Shown here: positions 20,210 through 30,904 of the stretch, in pieces | How positions within the stretch are numbered: position 1 is the stretch's first letter | Layout of the letters: each line of letters begins with the position of its first letter | Assembly: GCA_963849325.1 (NCBI GenBank) | Contig: CAWKHF010000006.1 | Span: 544,001 to 608,000 of the forward strand | From: an uncultured Planctomycetota bacterium | GTDB taxonomy: Bacteria; Planctomycetota; Planctomycetia; Gemmatales; Gemmataceae | Reading direction: 5' to 3' | Length of the DNA stretch: 64,000 nucleotides | Notes under the pieces: model-generated | Databases searched by the model: none | Seen by the model: only the letters and a program-made list of their open reading frames with translations | Told to the model about the DNA's origin: nothing | Program-made: the position numbers and the translations under genes

Positions 20210-21241
20210 ATGAGCCTGGATTTCCTCCTGCACTACGGCGGCCGGCGTTTGCGGCAGTACGTCGAACAACCGCCGCTCGACGCGCCGGCCGACGACGACG
20301 ATGACGGAACGCCGATCGCCACGCTCGACCTGGAGGCGCCCCTCGACGCCTGGCAGCCGCGTTCGGTCGCCTCCGATGTGCTCGACCCGGACGCCGTGCC
20401 GCGGCGTTTCATCGACGGCTGTCACTCGGGACAGACGGTCGCCTGGCTGCAAGATGCACTCGGCCATCCCATCCCCGTCCGGTTAGCCGAGATCGGCGGC
20501 GTGTGCATGCAGTCTGAAGGCCGTTCCCTGCGCCGACAATTCGCCCATGTCGAACGGATCGTGTGCTTGATCGTCGATCCGTTCCCCTGGCACGAGGTTG
20601 AGAACTTCGCCGCGACGTTGGCGGAGATCGGCATGCGTCTCTTGCCGGCTTTGCCGCCGATGATCGAGGACGCACGCCAACTGATCTACGATTACGCGAG
20701 CATGGAGCAACGGACGTACACCCAAGCGCAAGTGGAGATGCGCATTCTGGAAGAGTTGGCGTTAGGTCAAGATCCCGAGGCGCTGAGTTTGGTTGATGGC
20801 CCACTCGGACGGCTGGAACACCCTCGGGCGATCGGGGTCATCAAGCAGCATCGAAAGAATTATCTGGGTCTGCATCCGCAGTGCTGGCAGGTGTTCTACC
20901 AACTCGAACCGGGGCAGCGCACGCCGGCGTTTCGGCTGGCCAGCCAAAGCGCGCCGCTGGTGTCGTGGTATTTCAAGCTGGACGGCGCACACGGCGCCAT
21001 GCCGAACTGGGGCATCGTTCGCATCGAAATCAGCTGCGCTCACTTCGAGCGCCACGATTGCGACTTTCGCTATCTCGATAGATTGTCGAACGCTCTGCTG
21101 CACCTGCGCTGCCGCCAGGGCAGCTATGCGCGAGCGCCGGTCTCGATGGAACCGATCGTGCGCGCGGAGGAGAGCCTGAAATCGCTCCTCACCGCGCCGG
21201 CCACGTTGGCCCAGCGGTTTTACCATCTGACCGGCTTGTGA
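20210..21241 (+). CDS. NurA-like nuclease (RNase H fold)
   Basis: RFIDG, LVDGPL, IGVIKQH, GQRTPAF, SWYFKL, GIVRIE and RAPVSMEPIVRAEESLK motifs; lies directly upstream of the HerA-like gene. Confidence 0.72.
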   Translation: MSLDFLLHYGGRRLRQYVEQPPLDAPADDDDDGTPIATLDLEAPLDAWQPRSVASDVLDPDAVPRRFIDGCHSGQTVAWLQDALGHPIPVRLAEIGGVCMQSEGRSLRRQFAHVERIVCLIVDPFPWHEVENFAATLAEIGMRLLPALPPMIEDARQLIYDYASMEQRTYTQAQVEMRILEELALGQDPEALSLVDGPLGRLEHPRAIGVIKQHRKNYLGLHPQCWQVFYQLEPGQRTPAFRLASQSAPLVSWYFKLDGAHGAMPNWGIVRIEISCAHFERHDCDFRYLDRLSNALLHLRCRQGSYARAPVSMEPIVRAEESLKSLLTAPATLAQRFYHLTGL

Positions 21242-21269
21242 GGCGGTTTCGACTTGGGAGTATTCAACG

Positions 21270-23088
21270 ATGAACGATGGAATCCCAACTGTGCAGCAAG
21301 CTCCATCTCGTTTGGTTTCCGTGTCGCCGTCTTCGGCCAAGGACGTCATCGGCAAGGTCGCCTCGCCGCCGCGACGCGAATCGACCAGCGAGGAGTTCTA
21401 CTTCTGGGTCGCGCCGGATACGCTCGTCGAAAAGTCGCAGATCGTCCGCACCGAGAGCGAGGTCGCCGGACAACGGTTGGTGTTTTACGGTCTCATCCGC
21501 GAGGTCTATCGCCAGAGCCGGCAGAGCGATCTCGGCGAGGAGTTTGACCGTCACGATGGCGACGTGGGTTATCAACCGCCCTTCGATTCGCCCGGTTTCA
21601 CCTACGCTGCCGTGACCATCCTGCGCACCGAACCCGCCGTGATGACTCCGCCGAAGGAAGGCAGCGATGTTTTCCTCGGCGGCGAGCGCGAGGCGTACAT
21701 GGCTTACGGCGCGGACGAGATCGAGAAACCGCTGGCCGTCGGTCTTGTCAAGAACGGCGGCACGCGCCTGATCGGCCCCGGCCGCATCGACCTCGACTAT
21801 TTGCTCGGCGCCAATGGCGGCCACCTGAACGTCAACGGCGTCGCCGGCCGCGGCACGAAATCGAGTTTGCTGTTGCACTTCAATTACCTGCTGCTGCGCG
21901 AGGCGCGCAAACAGCAGCGCGAACGCCCCGGCGACCGGGACCGACTGCGGATCGTGCCCATTATCCTCAACGTCAAAAACTTTGATCTCTTCCACATCGA
22001 CCGCCGCAGCACGCGCTACGATCCGGCCAAGCACGCCGCCGACTGGCACGCGCTGGGCATCGACGATCCGGCCCCGTTCCAGAACGTGTCTTTTTATGCT
22101 CCGCAGTTGCCCGGCCAGGACATACCTGTCAACACCGGGCGGCCGAAGTCCGACGTGAAGGCGTACAGTTGGAGCCTGCGCGAAGTGATCGAGCGCGGGC
22201 TGCTGAGTTACCTGTTCGCCGAGGACGACGTGCGCAACGCCAACTTCGGCACCCTGGTCCTCGATATCGAGAACTACCTCACGCAAGAGCGATTGGAACG
22301 CGACAACACCCGTCTGCGCAAGCTGAAAACCGGCCCCGACGTGCCGTGCCATTTTGATGGGCTGCTCAAATGGGTGGAGGAATTGGCCCTCAACGAGCAA
22401 GGCACTATCAATCCCCTCAAGGGCAAACATCACTCGGCGACCCTGCGCAAACTCTACCGTCGCCTGCTGCGACTGGTCTACGAGGGCAACGGCGTGCTGC
22501 GCCGCGATGCCCAGCAGGGCAAGCCACTCGACGTTTGCGCCCGCGATTCGCGCGACCCGATCGTCGTCGATCTCAACGGCCTGTCGGCCGTGCCGGCGCT
22601 GCAGCGCTTTGTCGTCGCCACCATCTTCCGCCAACTGGTCGAGGAACGCACCGGCTCGCACGCTCAGCGCGGCCTCATCTATCTCGTCACGCTCGATGAA
22701 TTGAACCGCTTCGCCCCGAGCGGCGCGCACGATCCCATCACCGAATTGATCGAGCGCGTGGCGGCGGAAATGCGTTCCCAGGGCATTATTCTCCTGGGGG
22801 CGCAGCAACAAGCGTCGCTGGTGTCGGGCCGCGTCATCGAGAATGCCGGCATCCGGGCGCTGGGCAAGAGCGGTTCGCTCGAGTTGAGTCATAAGGTCTG
22901 GGGAGGTCTGAGCGAATCGGCGCGTCGCAAGGCGTCGATGCTGCTGCCGGAGGAGAAGCTGCTCATCCAGGACAGCTTTCGCGAGCCGCTGCTGGTGAAA
23001 ATCCCGTTCCCGCCCTGGGCGGTGCGGGGCCGAAGCCGTCGAGGAGGTGCCAGCCGCGGGGAGCAGGGTCGAACTGGAGGATTTGTGA
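21270..23088 (+). CDS. HerA-like (DUF87/FtsK-HerA) ATPase; C-terminal frameshift near 23028
   Basis: N-terminal HAS-barrel-like region, Walker A variant HLNVNGVAGRGTKS, Walker B LVTLDELNRFAP, MRSQGIILLGAQQ. Confidence 0.85.
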
Positions 23089-23181
23089 CGAAGACGGACC
23101 TACGGACTTTGCATCCGGGCCGAGACTTCTGCGATAATACGTCAAATTGTGTTTGCGGGCGATGAGGAGAAAGGCGAAGGC

Positions 23182-24414
23182 ATGCGTATCCTGCACACGG
23201 CGGACTGGCACCTGGCCGACCGACTTGGCCGCATCGATCGCACCGACGACCTGCGTCGAGCGGTGGAGCGCGTGGCCGACTATTGCCGCTCGGAAAAAGT
23301 CGATGTCCTTCTCGTTGCCGGCGACCTGTTCAGCGAGCTGGCGGGACCGGACGCGCTGCGCGAGTCGATCCGTCATTTGCAGGAGACGTTTGGGCCGTTC
23401 CTGCGCGAGGGCGGAACGATCCTCACACTCACCGGCAATCACGATAAGGAGAACTTCTGCCAGACCCTGCGTCATGCCATGAACCTGGCGGCGCCCGGCG
23501 TCAAACCGGGAGCACTGGCCCCGGCCGGCCGGCTCTATCTCGCCACCGGCCCCGCGCTGCTGCAACTGCTGGATCGGGATGCGCAGAAGGGCGTTCAGTT
23601 CCTCCTCATGCCGTATCCGACACCCACGCGCTACCTCCAGGACGAGGTGGCCCAGCGCTATCAGGGGCTTGACGAGAAAAACCGTCACCTGATGGCGGCC
23701 TACACTAGCCGCCTCAACGAATTGCAGACCGACCCGCGTTTCGACCCGCGCTTGCAGACGGTGCTGGCCGCTCATATCCACGTCGAGGGCAGTTTATTGA
23801 AAGACGAGTCGCCCTTTCGGATTACCGAACAGGAGGATGTGCTCTTCAAGCCTGCCGACGTACCGACCGGCTTCGCTTACATCGCCCTGGGCCACATCCA
23901 CAAGGCGCAGTGTCTGGGAGGTCAGAAACACGTCCGTTACTGCGGCAGCGTTGAGCGCTTGGACTTGGGCGAGAGTAACTACCAGAATGGCGTCGTCCTC
24001 TTCGACCTCGGGCCGGAGGGCTTGCGAGGCGAGCCCCAGGTATTGCCGCTGGAGGCAACGCCGATTTACGAGGTTCCCATCCATTCGCCGCAAGACGAAA
24101 TCCCTGGCCTACGCCAGCGCTACCCCGACTCTCAGAAAGCCTTGGTGCGCATCGTCTGTACCTACACCGCCGGGGTCGATAACCGCGAGGAGATCCTGCG
24201 CAAGTTGGATGACATCTTCCCGCGCTGGTACGATCGAAAAATTATCGAGAAAAACGCGCTGAGCGAGACCCTTGCCGGCCCGCAGGGTCCGGCGAAGAGC
24301 TTCGAGGAAACGGTGCGCGATTATCTGCGGCAGGAGCTGACCAACCATGCCGATGACTTCCGCGAAGCCGTGCTGGCACGGGCCGAAGACCTTCTGAAGG
24401 CGGTGGACGCATGA
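23182..24414 (+). CDS. sbcD: SbcD/Mre11 nuclease subunit
   Basis: MRILHTADWHL, VAGDLF, GNHD, AHIH, YIALGHIH and YCGS motifs. Confidence 0.93.
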   Translation: MRILHTADWHLADRLGRIDRTDDLRRAVERVADYCRSEKVDVLLVAGDLFSELAGPDALRESIRHLQETFGPFLREGGTILTLTGNHDKENFCQTLRHAMNLAAPGVKPGALAPAGRLYLATGPALLQLLDRDAQKGVQFLLMPYPTPTRYLQDEVAQRYQGLDEKNRHLMAAYTSRLNELQTDPRFDPRLQTVLAAHIHVEGSLLKDESPFRITEQEDVLFKPADVPTGFAYIALGHIHKAQCLGGQKHVRYCGSVERLDLGESNYQNGVVLFDLGPEGLRGEPQVLPLEATPIYEVPIHSPQDEIPGLRQRYPDSQKALVRIVCTYTAGVDNREEILRKLDDIFPRWYDRKIIEKNALSETLAGPQGPAKSFEETVRDYLRQELTNHADDFREAVLARAEDLLKAVDA

Positions 24415-27400
24415 TCCCCCAACGCATCCGACTCAAAGGCTTCCTGTGCTACAAGGACGAACAGGAAATCAACTTCGACAGCAACGCCACGCTCTGGATG
24501 CTGTCCGGACTCAACGGCAGTGGCAAGTCGAGCATCTTCGATGCTGTCACCTACGCGCTCTTCGGCCATCATCGCGGCGGCAGCCAGCACGCTGTCGAGC
24601 TAATCAACAAAGACGGCGACGGCTTGGCCGTCGAATTCGATTTCCGCCTCGATGAGCGCGTTTACCGCGTGCGGCGGACCCTCCGCCGCAAGGTGCGCGG
24701 CGCACCGAGCCCGACGCAGCAGATCTATCGTTACGAGCCGGGCGGCGAGCACGACTGGGTCGCCGTGGAGGGAACGAATTACAGTAGCGAATTCCAGAAC
24801 TGGATAAGAGATAAAATTGGTCTTACATATGATACATTCACCTCCTCCGTCCTGCTGCTTCAGGGCAAGGCGGACAAATTGCTCGATTCGAAGCCGGAAG
24901 GACGGCGGGCCGTGCTGGCCAGCATCGTCGATCTGGAGCGCTACAAATGCTTGCACGAGAAGGCGGACGCCAAGCGGAAAGAGCTGAAAGGAAAGCTGGA
25001 GGGTCTGTCCGACCGTTTGGCGGCGCTGCCGGAGGTCAAGGCGGAGGAGGTGGCGGCGGCGGAAGAGAGCATCCGAACGGCGGAAACGTCCCGCGAACAG
25101 GCCCGCGCGGAGGTCGAGCGTTTGCGCGAGATGGAACGACAAGCCCGCGCCTGGATGGAGCTGCAAAGCAAACTGGCGGCCGCTCGGCAGCGCTGGCAGC
25201 GCCGGACAGTTGCTCGAGGACGCCGCCGCCATTGAACGCGGCGTGGATCGGCTGCGCGAGCTGCGCGAGGTGCTGCCGCGTCTGCGCGAGATCGTCAAGC
25301 AACGCGGAACGATCCGCGACGTGGACCTCGCCAGCAAGGGACTGCTGCAAGAAAAGGACAAAACGGCGGAACAGCTGGCGCGGTGCGACAGCGCGCTGGG
25401 GCAGGAGCGCGACAAACGAACGACGCTGCAAACGCGCATGGAGGCGGAGGAGAAACAGCGGCAAGAGTTGGAGCCGCAATTGCGGAGCGTCATCGCCGGG
25501 GTGGAGAAGTTGACGGAGTACGAACGGCAGTCCGCGGAGCTGGCGCGCATCCGCGAGGAACTCGCCCTGTTGCCCGCCGACGCCACCGAGGAAGTGAAGC
25601 GAGCGCGAACGACGTGCGAAGGACTCGCCGCGCTGGCGCAACTCCTCCCCCAGCTCGTTCGCTTTCACGAACACCGCGAAGGGCTTCGGCAGGCGCTGGA
25701 GCGCGAACAGACGGCGAAACAACGTCTCGCCCAGGTCGAGACGCGCGGCAAGCACTGGAACGCCGAGCTGAAGCGCCTGGGACCGTTGGTGAAGGACGCC
25801 GATGGCGCGGCGCGGCAGGCCAGGGACCAAGAGACCGAAGCGCGCACCTTGCTCCAGCAGGCGCGGGACAGTCTGCGCGAAATCACGCATCTCGACGGCG
25901 CCAAGCGTTGCCGACACTGCGGCTTGGAGCTGACGCCGCAGCACCTCCACGAGGAGAAACGCCGCCGCGACGAGGAGGTGAGGCGGGCCGAGGAGCGACT
26001 CCAAAAAGCCGCTGCCGTTCTCCAGGCGGCGCGGCATGAGGAACAGCGATTGCGCGAAGACGAGAGCGGCGCGCAAAAGAACTACCAGGAGGCGCGCGAA
26101 GAATACCGCGAAGCGCAGAGCCAGGTAAACCAGGCCCGCGCCGACGTCACACGCTTGCAAGGTGATTGCGCCCGCGCTCACGACGACTTGCCGGACGAGC
26201 ATCGCCGGCGAATCGGGGCGGCGCCGGTCGCCGACTGGCTGAAGACGGAATATCCCACGCCGAGCGATCTCGAGCAGCTGCGCGCCGAGGCGGCCGGCCA
26301 TTCCGCGGCGCGGCAACGCTTGCACAAGGCCGAAGACGTCCTGAAGCAGTGGACCAAGCTCCACACGCAAGAGTCCGACAAGCTCGCCACCCTCGACCGC
26401 CTGCAAGCCGGCCTGCCTGCTGACCGCGAGGCGGTGCGGCGGATGCACACCGATCTCAGCGTCCGCCTCGAAACGCTTGACAAAGACCTCAAGGCCAAGC
26501 GCGGCCAGCGGAAAGACGCCGACGCGGAGATCGAACGCTGGACGCGCGAACGCGAGCGTTGGCAGGGACAGCTCAACCGCATCGACCTGGAGCTGAAGAA
26601 AAAGGAACTGGATGGCCAGAAGGCTCGGGAATTGATCGCCGTCAACCAGAAGGCGTTGCCGGTTTCGTGGCAGGCGGCCGCCGAGACCGCCGGCGCCGCC
26701 GAGTATAACCAGTGGGACAAGGAACGCGCCGACCTGGAAGCGTCCGGCGCCGATTCGCGCGGCAAGGAACTCCTGGAAGCACGCCATAAGCTCGACTTGT
26801 TTCGACAGGACAAGGAATCGCTGGAGTCTCAGCAAGATGCCTTCGCGGCCGAGGCGCGCCGCGATCCGGCGGACATCAAGGCGGAACTGGACCAGGCCAG
26901 GCAGGCGGAAGCGCAGGGCGACAAGGGCTTGACCGAGGCGCGGCAACAGCTCGCTCTCTTGCACGGCTACTGCAAACAGCGCGAGCAGATTGGCGAGGAG
27001 AGCATTCGACTGGAAGGCGAATGGTCCCTGTACAAGATCCTGGCCGAACTGCTTGGCAAGGACCGCCTGCAACTGTACCTGGTGCGGCAGGCGGAAAAGC
27101 AGGTGGTGGAGTACGCCAACGCCGTGCTCGATCGGCTCTCCGGCGGCCAGCTCTACTTGAAATTGAAAGGCGAAGCCGACGGTGAGGGTGGAATCCGACC
27201 GCGCGCTCGACCTGGAGGCGTACAATCGCGGCACCGGCGAGAAGCCAATCAACGTCGCCTTCCTCAGCGGCAGCCAGAAGTTCCGCGTCGCCGTCAGCCT
27301 GGCGCTGGGCATCGGCCAGTACGCCAGTCGGCAGCATCGACCCATCGAGTCGGTGATCATCGACGAGGGTTTCGGCTGTCTCGACAGCCAGGGCCGACAG

Positions 27401-27550
27401 GTCATGATTCAGGAATTGCAAAACCTCCGCAGCCAGATGCGCTGCATCCTGCTCGTCTCGCATCAGGAGGAGTTCGCCGAGGCGTTCTCCGACGGCTATC
27501 ACTTCGAGCTGGAGTCCGGGGCCACGAAGGTACGGCGCGTCCAGAAATGA
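24411..27550 (+). CDS. sbcC: SbcC/Rad50 SMC-like ATPase; frameshifts near 25200 and 27195
   Basis: Walker A GLNGSGKS, Q-loop LLQG, long coiled coil, Zn hook CRHC (25909-25920), LSGSQ signature, IIDEGFG, VSH. Confidence 0.92.
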
Positions 27551-27612
27551 AGCCGCCGCTGGCTTTGCGGAACTTTTCGTGTCCCGTTGGGTTCAAAGAA
27601 CAGCGGACCGAA

Positions 27613-27670
27613 CCGAGCCGCGACCGTCAGGGAGCGGAGAATACCTCGCTCCCTGACGGTCGCGGCTCGG
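27613..27670. repeat. REP-like palindrome
   Basis: CCGAGCCGCGACCGTCAGGGAGCG / CGCTCCCTGACGGTCGCGGCTCGG. Confidence 0.8.
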
Positions 27671-27709
27671 ACGGTATCTGGTTTCGCTCCTGCTTGCGAA
27701 AGGTCTACC

Positions 27710-28660
27710 ATGCGTATCCTCCGCTCCTTCGCGTTCACCGCGGGGATTGTGCTGTTGCTCGCCGGATTCACGGCTTGCCGGAAAGGCCACTCGGTCTCGC
27801 AAGCTCCGGAGACGGCCGACACCGGCACCAAATCCAAGCCGATAACGGTGGCCGTCAACAAGCCGGCTGCCCCCGTGAATCCGGGGCCGACGGCTCCCGT
27901 GAAAGTGGAGAAAGCCCCGGCCCCGGACCTGAATCCCCTCAACATGGAAGTGACCGCCCTGGAGACACTCAGTCAGTTCAAACTCACGCGGGAGCAGCTC
28001 CAACAGCTCGCCAAGCTCGCTCCGATGACGGCGCGGAAACCGGCCCCTCCCCGGCCAACCAAGGTGAGCGAGGAATATCACAAGGCGCTCAAGGACCTGC
28101 GCGAAGCGCTGCTCGACGACAACGAGGTTCGCGTCGCCGACCTGACGCTGACCCTGGAGGAGCTGCGCGACAAGGAAGACCCCGACTTCGATGACGTGGA
28201 GATCACCGACGCGGCCCGGCGGCACACCCCGGAAGTCCTGCGCAGCCTCGGCGCTCGGCAACTGATGGGATACCTCTCCGACTTCGCCGAGGAATTCCCC
28301 GACCCACGCGAGAAGCTGACGGACGCCTTCGAGGACGTTCGCAAATTGCCCGCCAAGGAATGGGAGGAGCTGCGCGATGAGGTGGCGGGACAGGTTGGCT
28401 GGCTGGCGGCCGGGCTCGACATCGCGGCGGAGGGCAGGGTGCGCAATCGCGCCGCGGATTTGCTCAACCGTGTGCGCCGCCTCAAAGACGACGAATACAC
28501 CGTCCAGCGGGAGGAACTGGAGCGAGAGGTGCAGGGCATCGTTGGCAACATCGGGCCGACCGACGTTATCCGTCATTTCGCCGAGCGCTCGCTGGCCGAG
28601 TTGCTTGCCAATCCCCGTCTCGCCGCCGCCGTGGAAGGTCTCTTGAAGAAGGCCGAGTGA
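27710..28660 (+). CDS. Putative lipoprotein, helical
   Basis: Signal peptide with lipobox-like FTAC; Pro-rich linker. Confidence 0.65.
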   Translation: MRILRSFAFTAGIVLLLAGFTACRKGHSVSQAPETADTGTKSKPITVAVNKPAAPVNPGPTAPVKVEKAPAPDLNPLNMEVTALETLSQFKLTREQLQQLAKLAPMTARKPAPPRPTKVSEEYHKALKDLREALLDDNEVRVADLTLTLEELRDKEDPDFDDVEITDAARRHTPEVLRSLGARQLMGYLSDFAEEFPDPREKLTDAFEDVRKLPAKEWEELRDEVAGQVGWLAAGLDIAAEGRVRNRAADLLNRVRRLKDDEYTVQREELEREVQGIVGNIGPTDVIRHFAERSLAELLANPRLAAAVEGLLKKAE

Positions 28661-28666
28661 CGCCGA

Positions 28667-29848
28667 TCAGGACGAGACCTCCAGGCCGAGCAGCGTCAGG
28701 TCGTCCGGCTGCTCGCTGGCGCCGAAGAGGTCGCGGGCCAGGCGGTCCACGAAGTCGTGGATCGGCAAGTCCCGATGCCGGGCGGCACAGGCGAGCAAAC
28801 TCGCCGTCCCCGGTGGATGATCCTCATATCGTCCCGTATCGATGCCGTCGCTGTACAGCAGCACCTTGTCGCCGGGTTTCAGGGTGTAGGTATGGGCGGG
28901 GAAGACGGCATCGACCACTCCCAGCAACAAACCCTCCTGCCGCCAGAACACCGGCTCGCCCTCGCGCGGCACGTGCAGCGGATAGGGGTGTCCCGCCCGC
29001 GCGAAACGGAACGTGCCTTCCTTGTGGTTGTACAGACCATAGGCCATGGTGATGAACGGGTTCTCGGCCAGCTGCTGGTCGAGCAGGTCTTTGTTGAGCC
29101 GCTGCAACACTTCTCCCGGCGGCACCAGACGGTAATGCTGGCCGAACACCTCCTTGGCCCGCACTCCCTTCTTGACGAAGATGGTCAGCAGGCTGGCGGG
29201 TACGCCGTGGCCCATCGCATCGGCGACGTACAGGCCGACGTGTTGCTCGTCGAGGCGAAACACGTCGTAGAAGTCGCCGCCGACGCGATCGCGCAGAAGA
29301 TAATGGACGGCGAAGCGCGTCCGCGACACGTCCGGCAGCGTTTGCGGCAGGAAGCTCGATTGGATACGCTGGGCCAGCTGCAGCTCATGGTCGATCTGCT
29401 GGTGGAGTTGCTGGAGGCGTTTGTTGATGCGATGGACCTCGGCAGTCTTGCCGGCGAGGCGGTCGTGTGCGTCCTTGATGCGGAGCAGCGCCCGTGCTTG
29501 TGCGAGCAATTCCCCGCGAGCGAACGGCCGCAACAAACAGACGTCGGCGCCGGCCTCGAAGCCGGCCAGGCGGGCCGCATCTCCCCGATCCTCCGTCAAA
29601 TACAGAATCGGCACAAATCGGGCATCCAGACGCTCGCGCAGGCGGCGACACAGGTCGAGGGCCGGACCCGAACACCGGCCACCCTCGATCGCAATCAACT
29701 GGTAGTCTCCCGGCCCGTCCGGGTCCGGGGTGTCCAACAGGTGCCCGGTCAGATCGCAACCGATGCCCGCGAGAAGGTGGCGCAGCTCGGCCAGCGTGCC
29801 CGGCTGATTGGCGCAGACGAGAATTCGGGGTAGTCCGTTGACGCTCAT
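28667..29848 (-). CDS. Receiver-like domain plus PP2C/SpoIIE phosphatase (RsbU-like)
   Basis: GFEAGAD, AQRIQSSFLP, VGGDFYD, VADAMGHG, LYSDGI and DDLTLL motifs. Confidence 0.9.
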   Translation of the reverse strand: MSVNGLPRILVCANQPGTLAELRHLLAGIGCDLTGHLLDTPDPDGPGDYQLIAIEGGRCSGPALDLCRRLRERLDARFVPILYLTEDRGDAARLAGFEAGADVCLLRPFARGELLAQARALLRIKDAHDRLAGKTAEVHRINKRLQQLHQQIDHELQLAQRIQSSFLPQTLPDVSRTRFAVHYLLRDRVGGDFYDVFRLDEQHVGLYVADAMGHGVPASLLTIFVKKGVRAKEVFGQHYRLVPPGEVLQRLNKDLLDQQLAENPFITMAYGLYNHKEGTFRFARAGHPYPLHVPREGEPVFWRQEGLLLGVVDAVFPAHTYTLKPGDKVLLYSDGIDTGRYEDHPPGTASLLACAARHRDLPIHDFVDRLARDLFGASEQPDDLTLLGLEVSS

Positions 29849-29909
29849 GCGTGCCTCCCGCAACCGCCCCACTATACGCTCCGCCTCGCCCTGCGCTAAG
29901 ACGAGTGGC

Positions 29910-30016
29910 TCGGAAGAAGGGACTAGGGACTAGGGACTAGGGAAGAGACGTGGCCCCTGTCTTCTCTAGTCCCTAGTCCCTAGTCCCTAGTCCCTAGTCC
30001 CTAGTCCCTTCTTCCG
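29910..30016. repeat. Inverted pair of GGGACTA/TAGTCCC heptamer tandem arrays
   Basis: (GGGACTA)3 ... about six (TAGTCCC) units, with complementary flanks CGGAAGAA / TTCTTCCG. Confidence 0.85.
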
Positions 30017-30108
30017 ATGTACGTCGTTTCAGCTTGCTCGAATGACGAAGGACGGTATCATGGGTCTTCCGCGGGACATCTCTCCCCAAGCTGCATGGAG
30101 GCAGCGTC

Positions 30109-30900
30109 ATGATGCCAACCTTGAATCTGGTCGATCGCGTTCTGGCCATGGGACGGCGCTATCAGGATGTCGGGCGCCACCGTGATGCCGTGACGGTCCT
30201 CACGCGCCTGTCTCGGTTCCGTTTTCTGCCGGCCGAGGTCGCCGAGGAGACGCAGGCGCGGCTGGCCGAAATCCACCTGAAACGACGCAAGTACAAACAC
30301 GCACGCCGTCACCTGACGGCCGCCCTGCGCCATCAGCCCGACAACGCCCGCTATCACTATCTGCTGGCGACGGCCTTGCAGGCCGAGGAAGGCGACGACC
30401 TCCAGCGCGCCGGCGAACACTATCGCCGCGCGCTCGAACTCGATCCCGGGCACGTCAAATGCCTTGCCGATTACGGACTGTTGCTGCTGCGTCTGGGGCA
30501 GACCGAGGAAGGGTTGGTCCGGCTCCGCGAGGCGGCCGAGCGCGCGCCGGAGGACGTGGAGGTGCTGGGCAAGCTGGTCAAGGGACTGCGCCAGGCGGGG
30601 CGCGGCGACGAGGCGCGGTCGGTGTTGCAAATCGCCCTGTTCCGCAACTCCCGTTCGCCGCGCTTTCGCAAGCTGTGGAATGAGTTTCGTTTCCAGCAAG
30701 CGCGTCGTCGCGACAGCGAACGCCTCAAGAGCGGCGGCGACGACGGCGACGAAGAACAGCCCATTGTGCTGCCGTTCGTCCGCATCGAGAAGGAGAACCC
30801 CACAGGCAGCGATTGCCCGACGATCGTCCGCTGTGAGGGTGCCCACGCCGAAAGATCGCCGCTCTCATTCCGCAAGACGCGGCGATCGAACATACAATGA
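30109..30900 (+). CDS. Tetratricopeptide repeat protein
   Basis: ALRHQPDNARYHYLLA, YRRALELDPGH and AAERAPED TPR patterns. Confidence 0.85.
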   Translation: MMPTLNLVDRVLAMGRRYQDVGRHRDAVTVLTRLSRFRFLPAEVAEETQARLAEIHLKRRKYKHARRHLTAALRHQPDNARYHYLLATALQAEEGDDLQRAGEHYRRALELDPGHVKCLADYGLLLLRLGQTEEGLVRLREAAERAPEDVEVLGKLVKGLRQAGRGDEARSVLQIALFRNSRSPRFRKLWNEFRFQQARRRDSERLKSGGDDGDEEQPIVLPFVRIEKENPTGSDCPTIVRCEGAHAERSPLSFRKTRRSNIQ

Positions 30901-30904
30901 AGGT

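Noticed and set aside
21264-27405. Long antisense ORFs (542 aa, 789 aa) opposite herA and sbcC
   Set aside because: Shadow ORFs expected in high-GC coding DNA; no recognisable motifs.
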